NCBI GenBank assembly: GCA_037308085.1 | Contig: CP147779.1 | Span: forward strand, 2,144,001 to 2,208,000 | Length of the DNA stretch: 64,000 nt | Source of the DNA: Promethearchaeati archaeon SRVP18_Atabeyarchaeia-1 | Lineage (GTDB): Archaea > Asgardarchaeota > Atabeyarchaeia > Atabeyarchaeales > Atabeyarchaeaceae | Direction of reading: 5' to 3' | In this document: positions 1 through 10,249 of the stretch, piece after piece | Layout of the letters: each line of letters begins with the position of its first letter | How positions within the stretch are numbered: position 1 is the first letter of the stretch | Notes under the pieces: model-generated | Told to the model about the DNA's origin: nothing | The model's input: the letters and a program-made list of their open reading frames with translations, nothing else | Databases searched by the model: none | Position numbers and translations under genes: made by a program

Positions 1-1773
1 ATTGTTCGTCATTTCTTCGACGAGCCCTGGTGGGATATGGAACGGTTTATTGCCACTCCAGTCCCATCCAATGAACAACTCCGCGTTCTTGCTCTCGCCA
101 TCGATATACAGGCAGGCCGCTCGCAGTTCCTGGCTGTGGATCCCTCCGCTGGTTCTGTCCTTTAGCCATGAAGGAACATTAAGGGCCCTAACATTAAGGG
201 CGCTTAGAGTCCCCGCGGATCTCGTTTTCTTCTTGCTCTCGCGACTGTCGCTGCCAGTCTTTCCAATGTCATTGAACACTTGCAAACGATGAGTGTGCCC
301 GAAGACTAACGTTAGATTGTCAAGTGGACGCCACTTGTCGTGGCCGCTATGATTATTGGTTTTGCCGTCTGTGACGTTACTATCATACCACTGATCTATG
401 CCTCGAAGCACACTCGACTTAGGATCACTTATGCTGGCGTATCTTGTGCTGAAAGCGCGCCAAATGTTGATACCAGAATAGTAGAGTATGAATGGGAGCC
501 CTAGGATCAACCAGACTACTGCAAGTGCATCGACCATCAAAATAGCTAGTATATCGTGGAGAAGTGGGATCGCGAGAAATCCGTTCACAAGAAGAATACG
601 AAAACCAAGAAAATAGGCCGCCAAGGAAGTAAGGACTGCAGCTGAAATTGATGCCAGAAGGGACAAGGGCAAGAATATGCTATAGAGTCCGGGCTTTGTC
701 TCCCTAAGCAAGCAGAGAACGACAAGAACCACAACAATATTGGTGAGAGCGTCAGACACTACCGGGGGACCGAGTTGGCCAAGCAGGCCGAGATTCGCCC
801 CAACTTGCAGCACGATGGCGGATATGAGTAATACGATCAGAATCCAAAAGGTGGCTATTATTTCTCTCTTAGAGCCATTGAATGAGACTGCTAGGAAAAG
901 TGTAATTAGCCCTCCCAAGAAGATGCCGTCAGGCCCCGGAAGTCGTGTGAGAATGATCAGGAAGGATAGCGCCATAAAGATGTATCCATAGTCACCGAAT
1001 GCAAGTGCCCCCGACCTAAGGGTGCTGAAGTTATTCCAAGGTACTATGCGCGTTGTGAAACCCTTGCTGAATTGCTGGCCGTGGAGGAACAGGTAGTTTC
1101 GTTTGCCTTTCTTCACATGAGGAACCTGGTTCTCGTCTTCTTCCTGTCTAGGTTCCTCCTCTTTGCCTTTCCGAGCTGGTTTTGAGGCTTTGTCTCCATC
1201 AACTTGAGGCTGGTTGTTTTCAAGTGGGTAATGGTCTTCATAGACTGTGATCGGTTCCCTGCCAGATGGGTAAATCTGAGTGCGCGCACGCTCGAAGCCA
1301 TGGCTTGTTTCCTCGTGCGACGTTGCTTTCTCCGTATCTCTCCCTTTTTTAGTATCTTTCTTCTTCTGTTTCTCCGTATCCTTCTCGGTGAAAAGTCGAT
1401 GTGCTTCGTAGTCGTGGTTCCCCAAAACATAGATCTTCTCGCAATCAAGTTTCTCGAGCGCACTAAAGAGCGGTCTACTGGAAAACTCGACTTTGGCTTC
1501 TGTGCTGTCCCATAAGTCAACGATATCGCCCAGCAGAATGAGCATGCTGGGGGGCTCCAGCTTCTTGCTAGCATCGCCTCCCTCGTCATAAAGCTCTAAC
1601 TCGTTCTCAACTTTCTTGTTCTTGAGATCGACAAGCCAGTTGATGAACCCCACCAATGCTGCTGGATCACAGGTTTCGGCTTCTGCCAGCTTACCCGGAT
1701 CTGGCACCAGCCCAAGATGCGTATCTGCTATGACGATGCAGCTACCCTGATCCTTCTCTCTTCTCCCGTCCAC
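1..1773 (-). CDS. Calcineurin-like metallophosphoesterase with an inserted multi-pass membrane segment (3' end runs off the window)
   Basis: Manual translation from GTG at 1773 (AGGAG upstream) is open to the window edge. Motifs ADTHLG, GDIVDLW, GNHD, FLHG and GHTH are present, with about 6 hydrophobic helices between motifs IV and V. Missing from the ORF track because there is no stop in the window. Confidence 0.85.
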   Translation of the reverse strand, partial: MDGRREKDQGSCIVIADTHLGLVPDPGKLAEAETCDPAALVGFINWLVDLKNKKVENELELYDEGGDASKKLEPPSMLILLGDIVDLWDSTEAKVEFSSRPLFSALEKLDCEKIYVLGNHDYEAHRLFTEKDTEKQKKKDTKKGRDTEKATSHEETSHGFERARTQIYPSGREPITVYEDHYPLENNQPQVDGDKASKPARKGKEEEPRQEEDENQVPHVKKGKRNYLFLHGQQFSKGFTTRIVPWNNFSTLRSGALAFGDYGYIFMALSFLIILTRLPGPDGIFLGGLITLFLAVSFNGSKREIIATFWILIVLLISAIVLQVGANLGLLGQLGPPVVSDALTNIVVVLVVLCLLRETKPGLYSIFLPLSLLASISAAVLTSLAAYFLGFRILLVNGFLAIPLLHDILAILMVDALAVVWLILGLPFILYYSGINIWRAFSTRYASISDPKSSVLRGIDQWYDSNVTDGKTNNHSGHDKWRPLDNLTLVFGHTHRLQVFNDIGKTGSDSRESKKKTRSAGTLSALNVRALNVPSWLKDRTSGGIHSQELRAACLYIDGESKNAELFIGWDWSGNKPFHIPPGLVEEMTNN

Positions 1774-2217
1774 TCCAAACCGCTCCTTTCATCCAAGCCG
1801 CACATCTGGGGATAATGGTTGTGGGAACGCTTACTACTATCATCGTTACAAGTAGCAGTAGTATTGGCACTATTTGTGCTGTCGTGTTTTGCCTCTTATT
1901 GATTCATTCCTGGAGATAGTATGAGTTTATGACCTATTCCTTCCTATTCCGCCTTATTCCTCTAAGGAACGCGCGCACTTACTCGGCGCGTCTGAACATC
2001 GCATGGTGCCAAGTTACTCTTATAGTCTTCCATCGTGCGCTATGGGAGCCGTTGTCGTGAGCCATGTCATTAGCTGGAGTGCGTCTCCGCCTGCTTTCCT
2101 TCTCCCCTTCAAGAGGAGGCACCGAGAACACGGTTCATGACATAGTTAAGTACGTCAAGAGTAGATGCGACAGTTTGGAACCTAAACACCTAGTAGCTCG
2201 CAAATGCGATTATGGAT

Positions 2218-2366
2218 ATATCCGAGATCAAGTCTCTAGCCAGGGCGGTAGTCGGGGAGCTGAAGCACCAAAGGCTTCTTGGCAGTCAACAAAAAATCAA
2301 TGAGAAAAGTTAATTCGATGCGCGGAAACGTCAACAGCAAAAAAAAGCCAACCACCCCTCTTTTTT
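2218..2366. repeat. Dispersed ~150-bp repeat, copy A (most degenerate)
   Basis: ATATCCGAG...GAAGCA...AAGGCTT...AAGTTAATT...CGCGGAAACGTCAACAGCAAAAA aligns with the copies at 4754 and 8743. Confidence 0.7.
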
Positions 2367-2663
2367 GAGAAAGGTGCGACACTTGAGTCGTTTCAAACAA
2401 AGCATTCTCAGGTGGACAGAAAGGCAAAAGAAGGCGTTAAATGGGAGATAGGGAAGAATCGCCATAGACTACTCAGAACCATGAGTTCACCAACCTCACA
2501 CGCAATTGAGGGCGTCCCTTCCATCTCCAAAGACCTCATCATGTCTCTTGCATCTCTGAAACATAAGGCTTACACATGGTGTAACCGGTCCCATATTGCG
2601 TGATATGCGCGATTGCCTTCCATTACCAGGTTACAAAGGGAAATGTGACTCGCTCTTCTAGCT

Positions 2664-3254
2664 TCACTTTTCCTTTTCCCTGTCGTGTGCTCCATAGTAG
2701 ATATCCTTGTAGAACCCTGCTTCAGCTGCGTCAAGAATCGGCTTGAGAGATCGGTACTTGGCGTGCGTGTAAAGTGAGATCGACTCAGGGATGAGCGTCA
2801 ACGGAAGGGCGTAGACGAATAGAGTATACACGAGGAACGCTGCTCTGTTCGGTAAGATTTGGGCGATCGATGGTTCGAATTGATATGTAAAGAGAGAACT
2901 GAGGATCGCGTAGATCGTTATAGCTGCAAAGATCAACATGTTATGCAACCTGCTCATCTGCCTAAGCCCCACCTCCTCCTCTGGAAGCACCTTGAGAAAG
3001 CCTTCACTCTCCGCTTTCCTAATTACTAGGTCAACGTCCGCTGTGGAGAACAGAATTAGAGCGACCCCATCAATCATGAGCATCAACGAGGAAAGGATCA
3101 CCAGTAGGTGACTAGACAACAACTCAGGGAATGCAGCGAAGAAGATGATTATCAGCGAAGGCCCGGCGACTAGATACGCTAGGCCCGCGGCAACCATGAG
3201 TCGATGCCTATATTTGATGGGTCTGACCCTGCTCAAAGCCAGCACCTTCAACAA
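2664..3254 (-). CDS. Four-TM membrane protein (candidate immunity protein)
   Basis: 196-aa ORF with 4 hydrophobic segments, starting 26 bp after the stop of the upstream secreted gene. Confidence 0.65.
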   Translation of the reverse strand: MLKVLALSRVRPIKYRHRLMVAAGLAYLVAGPSLIIIFFAAFPELLSSHLLVILSSLMLMIDGVALILFSTADVDLVIRKAESEGFLKVLPEEEVGLRQMSRLHNMLIFAAITIYAILSSLFTYQFEPSIAQILPNRAAFLVYTLFVYALPLTLIPESISLYTHAKYRSLKPILDAAEAGFYKDIYYGAHDREKEK

Positions 3255-3280
3255 AAAAGGGGGAGAGTTCCTGAGGAATG

Positions 3281-4338
3281 CTAGATCGTCGGGCTATCAT
3301 CAACGTCGTTCCAATCTACATAGAGATTGTGTACGATCAACACGATGTTCAAGACGAGCCAAGGAATGTAGACTGGCGCACCCACAGAGAATTCTACTGC
3401 AAGTTCACAGACTATTGCGATGGCAGTTAAGGGATCAAGAAGAGTAGTTATCACATCATAGCAGAGATTCATGAGCCACTGGAAGATCCCGATTAGGAAG
3501 CCGCCCACATCTCCTTGAGTCAATAGATAGAGCCAACAGAGGATCCCGCTAGGGACGCTCATTAAGAATGCTCCCTCTATAACTTGTTCTGTGCTAGTAT
3601 AGAGCGGCCTGTTAAGCGCGGGCATTATGCTGAAGACGACGAAGAACACTACCGCTGCAATGAAGAAAAAGAACTCTAAAGTGCCAAGATGTGCGATGAC
3701 ATACGTTATACTGCTACCGCCACTGCCACCGCCACCACCGATGTCGCCGCCGTCACTAATCCTTAGGGTTGTGATTTTCTCTTTTCCACTGATTATGCCT
3801 CGGGCTTGTTGCATGAACTCTTGGATGACCGCCTCGCTGCCTGTCAGCGCGTATGAGACTACTAGGGCGCCGAGTTTTGCATCATCCCGTTGAATGTCAC
3901 TGGAACTTGGGCTTTAGGCGCGTAGTTGAGTATTTCTGCAGAGTAGCATGCTAGGATGATGTCTTTCGACGGAGCAACCTCGACCTTAGCAGCAAGGGCT
4001 TGCCATGTCTCCATTCCTTGCTGAGTCTGCACGCCTTCCTGCGAGCCGTGGCCGACCCAGACTACCCCGCCATATGCTCTGCCTATGATAAAGAGGTATG
4101 CCAGCGAATTGTAGTCTACAACCACTGAATTTGGATTGTTTTCTTTCACAGTATCCACGGATATGTTGACGCCAGGACTGTTGTCCATCTTGACTACTAC
4201 CGGCACCAATACTGGAGAACTCAGTCCGCCCTGCACTGTACCTAGGAACACTAGTACGCCGATGATCGCCACTGACGCAAGAAGAATCTTTCTACTTCTA
4301 TAATCCAATTGTTTCCCTCTCTCCTCCAACTTTTTCAC
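3281..4338 (-). pseudogene. Frameshifted secreted protein: signal peptide, caspase/CHAT-like HG...AC domain, Gly-rich linker, hydrophobic C-terminus
   Basis: ORFs 3862-4338 and 3281-3814 join through a frameshift near 3885 (FNGM / DAKLGALVVSYALTGSEAVIQEFMQQ). Motifs WVGHGS and ILACYSA; linker GGDIGGGGGSGGSS. Confidence 0.6.
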
Positions 4339-4753
4339 TGATGTGTAGACTTGTCGGATCTCTCATATTTAAGCTTCTCCACCTTGAGCTGAATTCGGGC
4401 AAGAAGACACCGGCGCCAACTGAGCCAATATACGCGTCAAGTCGGAAGCCTAGGTTGCCCGGGCCCCAAGCTAAGAGGAGTCCATCACTGCTTGACCGTT
4501 ACCTTGCAGCTTCGTTCTCGCCTTGGACATTCGTGACATTCTTTGACCCGCTCCCTGTCATTAGTGTGCTGAATAGTTCAATGGGGACATTGGCGAACTC
4601 GGGGTTTGCGTTCCTATTGTCGTGGATAATAACCAAGATAAAAAGGGCACTTGTGGGCGGCATGAGTGTGGCCAGTTGAGTACGCGCATAGCAGGGGCCA
4701 CAGCCTAGACCCCAAGGACCTTAAAGTTATTCATGGCATGAATAACTTCGGGG

Positions 4754-4900
4754 ATATCCGACCTGATCAGGGCCCTGGCTCAAACGGCCCTGGAGGAGTT
4801 GAAGCGTGAAGGGCTTTTTACTGTTGACAAAAGGCGAAGGTAGAAGTTAATTTGGCGCGCGGAAATGTCAACAGTAAAAAACCCAGTTTCTTCTTTTTAT
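4754..4900. repeat. Dispersed ~150-bp repeat, copy B, with a 19-bp inverted repeat
   Basis: GGGCTTTTTACTGTTGACA (4811-4829) and TGTCAACAGTAAAAAACCC (4866-4884) are 18/19 complementary, with a 36-bp spacer. Confidence 0.8.
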
Positions 4901-4973
4901 TCGGTTCTACTAGCACCCGCTAGGTGTACTGTGGGGCTTTGGTTGTTCACGTTTCTGTGGGCCTAATGGTCGT

Positions 4974-5918
4974 CTATTCGCGGATTCTTCTTTTGATCTC
5001 TTCGAGGCTGAGAGAGTTCTTCACCGTCTCAAGCAGGTTCGCCCTCCCCATTCCCGCCCTCGCCTTCTCCCCGAGCACGGTTCTCGCCAGCTTGAGGAGC
5101 TTCTCGTCGCTGAGCCTGCCCAGGATCTCCTCCTTCCTGTGCCGCCTGACCCTGCTCCTGCTCCTCGACGCGTATATCAGCACCGCCGCCAAGCCCAGGA
5201 TCGGCGGGAACACGACGTACCAGTACTGGGAAAGCAGGGCAAGCACCGGAGATGATGAGATGTGGGCCTCAACAAGAGACATGACGACTGACTCCACTTG
5301 TCCGTTGGCTTCCCTCGAGTACTCGAGTCTGGTCGCAACGCCAGTGCCTGCGTCAATCAATATCCTCGTAAATTCATAGTAGTAGTACTCGAACAAGCCG
5401 TCGCCCTCCACGGTCCAGTGGAGGAAGTTCTCGTGGACCAAGATGATCTGGTTGCCTGAGACAATGGCTTGCAGCTTCGGGAAGCAATCCTCCAGAGCCT
5501 TCCAAAGCCTTCCTGGACCTACAGGATAGAAGAAGGGACCCGGAGCGACCGTGGGAAAAACGTCCGTCAGCCTGAAGATGATCTGAAAGTCAATGCTCGG
5601 CAAGAATGGCGAGTCGTTGGCATACATTAGATAGAACGGCACTTCGTATCCGAGGATCTCGTTGCCCGCCTTGTCGATTAGCCTGATCACTAACTCGTGG
5701 TCTAGATAGACAGTTATTCTATCTCCCTGCCGAAAGTTTAGCCCCCACGTTGTGTTCTGCTGGTCGACGTTGTATACGACCCAGTCACCCGCGCTGACTC
5801 CGAGGTTGTAGGTCGGAGACGCTAGGGCGGAGGCGGTGGACACAGTAGCCGCTAGGCACCCGCAGCCGATTCCCAGCAATAGCAGAGCAACAACCAGATT
5901 CCTCTTTACTGACACCAT
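4974..5918 (-). CDS. Secreted, C-terminally membrane-anchored protein with a short basic cytoplasmic tail
   Basis: N-terminal signal peptide; mature domain starts GVSAGDWVVY; TM helix near the C-terminus; basic helical tail. Confidence 0.7.
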   Translation of the reverse strand: MVSVKRNLVVALLLLGIGCGCLAATVSTASALASPTYNLGVSAGDWVVYNVDQQNTTWGLNFRQGDRITVYLDHELVIRLIDKAGNEILGYEVPFYLMYANDSPFLPSIDFQIIFRLTDVFPTVAPGPFFYPVGPGRLWKALEDCFPKLQAIVSGNQIILVHENFLHWTVEGDGLFEYYYYEFTRILIDAGTGVATRLEYSREANGQVESVVMSLVEAHISSSPVLALLSQYWYVVFPPILGLAAVLIYASRSRSRVRRHRKEEILGRLSDEKLLKLARTVLGEKARAGMGRANLLETVKNSLSLEEIKRRIRE

Positions 5919-6218
5919 GTTTCTCGCACCTTCCTGACATCATGATAACCAGAAACGAGAACGACCTGTGATTTAACGATTTCTTGTGGCGGAGAGCCCC
6001 CCGCATCCGATTGAGTTTACCCCGGATCGTGGAACTCAGTAACCCTTTTAGGTCGCCCTTCTCGGATCGGTAACTGTCTGAAGTAGCAGCCATCCGAAGA
6101 TCCGAGTGCACAGAGAACTCGGCGGACAGTCCAATACTCTGCTTCAAGCATGAGGGGGGACTGGTACATGTTGCTGCACGCAGCCGATCTTGTCTATACT
6201 TAACTATCTCCATAGAGG

Positions 6219-8024
6219 CTATAACGTGGTGTACTTGTCAATCTCATAACCCGAAGAGGGATATCTCTGCGGATTGTCACCGCTTTTATCGTTCAACTTT
6301 GCATTCTCGAAGGCGTACCATAATGTGATGGTTCCCGGCGCTTTCCCGTATAGAGTGTTCGCAAAGTAGTACAGGAACGCGTCGTACTTGAAGTCGGGAC
6401 CAAGCCTCCAAGATTGGTTGGCTGGTCCGCAAGCCGTGTATATTACTCTCTTGCTGTTGCTGATCCAGTCTATGAATCCCCCGCTGAAGCACTGCCCCAT
6501 GACGATCAGCTCCAGGCTGTACGACGTGATCTTGCCGAGGTAGTTCGACCCGTTGAAATCCTGGTCGCTGATATCCGCGCCCCATGCACAGTAGTAGGAG
6601 TGGGGATCACTACGGTCGCCATGCCCTGCCGCGAAGACGTAGATGAAGGTCTCGCTGTCAGATGCGCCTGCTATGCTGGTAAAAACTGTCGACAGGTTGG
6701 CCGGGGTCGCGCTGTAGTCTATCACATTCGAATGGCTGACGATGCGACCATACTCCCCTTCCGCGAGGTTGCTGGGGCTCGGCTGGTTGCCATCCGCATA
6801 CAAGACGTAGATCTGCGAATCCGTGTAGCCGTAGTTGACCTTCAGCGTGTCGTACATAAACATGATGTCGTTGTAATAGCAGGCGTAGTTATTTACCCTG
6901 TCCCCGCCTGAGGCGGCGAGGACGGCGAAGGCCTTAAGCGTGTAAGTCACCTGGAGGTACGGGTGCAACGTCGCATTAGAGCCGGTCGCCTCCTTGCTGT
7001 AGAAGATCTTGCGGATGTTGCTGGGGGCCGTCGGCACGCCGCTCGTCTCGTACTCGTCCTTGAAGCACTCGCTAAAGACCCTCTTCTGGTTGCTGAGGAA
7101 CCCCTGCCTGGCGTCCGCCTTGACGCTCCAGGAGAACCAGCCAGCACCGGTCGAAACCCAAGTCACAGCCGTAGCAGATGCGGCAAAACCCGGTCCTGAA
7201 TTCCACGTTATGTCCTCCTCAGTCCAGCTGTTGTCGGCGGCGTAGTGGGCGCCGATGTACCTCCACTGGCTTGAAGACAAGTATAGGTATAGGTAGATCT
7301 TCGCTGAGGATATTGATGCGCCGGCGGGCAGGCTTACAAGGGAGAACTTGACGTAGAACCGCCACCTGTAGATGGTGCCATTCTCCTCCTTGTAGAGCAT
7401 CATCCGGATGGTTTCCGACGAGCCGAAGTTAGCATTTTTGTCTTCTTCCGTCACGCCAGCGTCATCCAAGTCATCCTTGGTTGTGACCGTAGGGTCTATG
7501 CGTACGCTTCTTGATCTGTTCAGCGTGAAGTTTCCGAAGGTGAGCGTTAAGGCCTTGCATACTGGATCCAGTGCCGCCCTTGCCACAGCCAGCCCCGCGT
7601 CTTCCCAATCCACCTTCATAGCCAAGCTGTCCGAACAGCTTGCGGTACACCCCTCGAGCGTTGTCTCTTCGCCGAGGCGGTAGAAACTGATCGAGGTCAC
7701 GGCTGCTTTGTCCGCTGATGATTGTAGAAGCCTCTCGGCGCTGGACCCGTTGGACGGCATCTGCATTAGTGCGCCGGCATAGCTATAGTAGTCTCCGCTG
7801 ATGCTGGAGATCCTCCAGGTGAGCTGAGCATCCTCCGCAGTCTCGCCGCCCAACCACTCCACCAGGAATCCGACTTTGAGCGGCGATCCGGGGAGGAAGC
7901 TATAAGTGACGCTGACCTTCATTTCGGGGGCGTCTGAGGGTTCGAAGACTTGCGTTACAAAGGCGCCTGTGGAGTTCTCCTCCAAAAGGGGGCGGGCACC
8001 TCCAAGATGTGGACATGAGGGCAT
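6219..8024 (-). CDS. DNRLRE (CBM96-like) domain plus C13/legumain-like (clan CD) cysteine peptidase; 5' part probably disrupted
   Basis: DNRLRE-type motifs DAGVTE..NANFG, YVKFSL..LPAGASISSAKIYLY, WTEEDITWN, FYSKE..PYLQVTY; peptidase motifs FAAGHG and MGQCFSGGF. Confidence 0.75.
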   Translation of the reverse strand: MPSCPHLGGARPLLEENSTGAFVTQVFEPSDAPEMKVSVTYSFLPGSPLKVGFLVEWLGGETAEDAQLTWRISSISGDYYSYAGALMQMPSNGSSAERLLQSSADKAAVTSISFYRLGEETTLEGCTASCSDSLAMKVDWEDAGLAVARAALDPVCKALTLTFGNFTLNRSRSVRIDPTVTTKDDLDDAGVTEEDKNANFGSSETIRMMLYKEENGTIYRWRFYVKFSLVSLPAGASISSAKIYLYLYLSSSQWRYIGAHYAADNSWTEEDITWNSGPGFAASATAVTWVSTGAGWFSWSVKADARQGFLSNQKRVFSECFKDEYETSGVPTAPSNIRKIFYSKEATGSNATLHPYLQVTYTLKAFAVLAASGGDRVNNYACYYNDIMFMYDTLKVNYGYTDSQIYVLYADGNQPSPSNLAEGEYGRIVSHSNVIDYSATPANLSTVFTSIAGASDSETFIYVFAAGHGDRSDPHSYYCAWGADISDQDFNGSNYLGKITSYSLELIVMGQCFSGGFIDWISNSKRVIYTACGPANQSWRLGPDFKYDAFLYYFANTLYGKAPGTITLWYAFENAKLNDKSGDNPQRYPSSGYEIDKYTTL

Positions 8025-8460
8025 CCCTACTTCAGCTCTTCCGACTTGCAGCGCAAAATCTTGTGAGTAGAAGGTTGCGCCGTAGTCGTCTATGCATGCC
8101 CAAACCCTTGATGTCGCCGCGAAGCAGCCACTGCTGTTACGCGTGAAGAGCCAGTCACACCATGAGCTGTTCCATGTGCTGAAGACGTAGCGCCCAGCCG
8201 GTTATATGTTCCTCAAGCGGGTTCCATTGCCGTAGCTCCATTCTTCCCAGTCACTGCTGCGAGCGTACCCGACGCAGCCGGATGAATGCTGGCTCACGCG
8301 GCCAGTATTTGAATCAGTGTTTGGTGGTGTGCCGCGTTGGCCGAATCCTGCCCCCGTAAGAGCTGGTTGAAGAGCCGATGGTGCCACGAAGATGAAGATG
8401 ACTGCTAGGCAGACGGCATCGACCCATGTGATGTGATCTTCTCTCTTTCGCGCCCGAGCG
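8025..8460 (-). pseudogene. Disrupted N-terminal part (signal peptide region) of the DNRLRE/C13 gene
   Basis: Signal-like DAVCLAVIFIFVAPSAL, in-frame TAA at 8202-8204, then a frameshift near 8155 into the 6219-8024 frame. 5' boundary approximate. Confidence 0.5.
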
Positions 8461-8742
8461 CGTGCAAGCTTAGTCCTTGGCGTCAAGCCAAGTGTTGCCC
8501 TCCTTCGTTCCTCCTCCTGTAAGCTGCACTGGTTCAGGGCTATCAAGAAGGTTGTACTTAAGGCTCTCGACAAATGGTTCAGCAGGAAGGCACGGCAAAC
8601 ACTCGACCATAAGTGAAACTGAATGCGTAAAGACACCGCTATCCCAAAAGCAGGGAACATCAAAACGCGCAAAGCAGAGGGTACAGCTTAGATCCCAAAT
8701 ACCTGACGCCCTCTGTGCCGAATGCTACAGAGAGAATAGGGA

Positions 8743-8890
8743 ATATCCGAGCTGATCAAGACCCTAGCTCAAACAATCCTGGAAGAGTCGAAGCATGAAA
8801 GGCTTTTTACTGTTCACAAAAAGCGCAACTAAATGCTTTTTTGGTACGCTAAAATGTCAACAGCAAAAGAAACCACCCACCATCTTTTTT
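8743..8890. repeat. Dispersed ~150-bp repeat, copy C
   Basis: ATATCCGAGCTGATCAAGACCCTAGCTCAAAC...GGCTTTTTACTGTTCACA (ends 8818), 36-bp spacer, TGTCAACAGCAAAA (8855-8868). Confidence 0.8.
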
Positions 8891-9110
8891 CTGGTGGAAG
8901 TACGTTTAGCGCGCGCGACACAAAAATGATTACCTAAAAACCTCCCTCTTTTTATTTGGCGTACTAGAAACCGCGCGCTAAAGACCAAACCCGTTTCACT
9001 GCTTCCGGGAAAAAGGAAGTGTATTAGAAAAAAACGAGCCGCATCATTTGCGCGCGCGCTGACATATTAATTAGGCGAAATAGCAAGGTGTTATTTGAGG
9101 TAAATGTGAA

Positions 9111-9314
9111 ATGCCAATAGTTCAAGTCTCTGTTTGGGAGGGCATCAGCCCTGAGAACAAGAAGAAAACAGTCGAAGGGATAACTAAAGTTTTTGAAGAT
9201 TTAGGAGTTCCCAAGGAAGCAGTCGAGATCGTCATTTATGAAGCGCCAAAGAGCAATTGGGCAACGGGTGGACAATTGCATTCAGAAAGACACGCGCACA
9301 CGCGCTCGCTATAA
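9111..9314 (+). CDS. 4-oxalocrotonate tautomerase family protein
   Basis: N-terminal catalytic Pro (MPIVQV), 67 aa, C-terminal NWATGG. Confidence 0.92.
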   Translation: MPIVQVSVWEGISPENKKKTVEGITKVFEDLGVPKEAVEIVIYEAPKSNWATGGQLHSERHAHTRSL

Positions 9315-9520
9315 GCAGCGCCACTCCCCCAGCCATAAAACCAGTGTTAGAACCACATACATACTCATATCCACAGACCAACCACATGTCCCAAAGCCCC
9401 CAGTTTCTCTTTTTTGTCTGTTTTTTCTAAGAATCTGGAACATATTCACACAAAGGCTTTTTTTGGTTGACCCGCAAAGTAGCAGTATGTCTTCTACTGC
9501 TTTCACCGGAGCGAACTAAA

Positions 9521-10249
9521 GTGATAGACCAGTCCTATAGGCAAATACTGGAGAAGGACACTCAGGACTACAAGAGCTGCCCACTCAAGTGGGATTGCGA
9601 AAACTGCGACAAGTCACTATGCCTACGGATCGTGGCACTCGCTGATTTCCCAACAAAGCATGGCCACTTTAACATAATCGGGTTCCTCAATAATAAGGAT
9701 AAGAAGGACCACCTCATGGTGGTCAAAGGAAACGTTGCCCATGAAGAGGATGTCCTTACTCGACTGCACTCTTCATGCGTGACGGGCGACGCGCTCGGCT
9801 CTCTCAGGTGTGACTGTGGTCCCCAGCTTGCCAAGTCCTTAGACAAGATGGAGAGAGAAGGCCGCGGCATCCTGCTGTACATGCAGCAAGAGGGGAGGGG
9901 AATAGGGCTAACCAACAAGATCGTAACGTATATGTTGCAGGATCTCGGCGCTGACACGTATGAAGCAAATGTAGATCTAGGATTCAAACCGGATGAGAGA
10001 GACTACGAGTTGGCTGCAGCTATGCTGCGGAGCTTGGACGTGAAAAGCATTAGGCTGCTCACCAACAACCCCGAGAAGATCGTAGAGCTTCGGCGCTATG
10101 GAATAAAGATCAGTGAAAGGATCCCTCTCCAGATCCGCCCCAACAAGTACAATCGATCATACTTAGAGACGAAGAAGGCCCGTTTCGGTCACCTTCTTTC
10201 CCTCGAGTCTGCTTCCAGGCAATCAAAGCGCCCCACCAAGCATTCATAG
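9521..10249 (+). CDS. ribA: GTP cyclohydrolase II
   Basis: RLHSSCVTGDALGSLRCDCGPQL, QEGRGIGLTNK, LLTNNPEK, YLETKK..FGH. Start placed at GTG 9521; the ORF track extends to 9467. Confidence 0.95.
   Translation: MIDQSYRQILEKDTQDYKSCPLKWDCENCDKSLCLRIVALADFPTKHGHFNIIGFLNNKDKKDHLMVVKGNVAHEEDVLTRLHSSCVTGDALGSLRCDCGPQLAKSLDKMEREGRGILLYMQQEGRGIGLTNKIVTYMLQDLGADTYEANVDLGFKPDERDYELAAAMLRSLDVKSIRLLTNNPEKIVELRRYGIKISERIPLQIRPNKYNRSYLETKKARFGHLLSLESASRQSKRPTKHS

Noticed and set aside
175-201. 12-bp direct repeat AACATTAAGGGC
   Set aside because: Short in-frame duplication within a CDS (ALNVRALNV) with no sign of function.
1113-1589. 158-aa basic ORF in the track
   Set aside because: Alternative frame of the metallophosphoesterase gene.
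2218-8890. Repeats considered as a CRISPR array or canonical integron attC sites
   Set aside because: The units are ~150 bp, degenerate and kilobases apart, with no RYYYAAC/GTTRRRY boxes and no cas or integrase gene in view.
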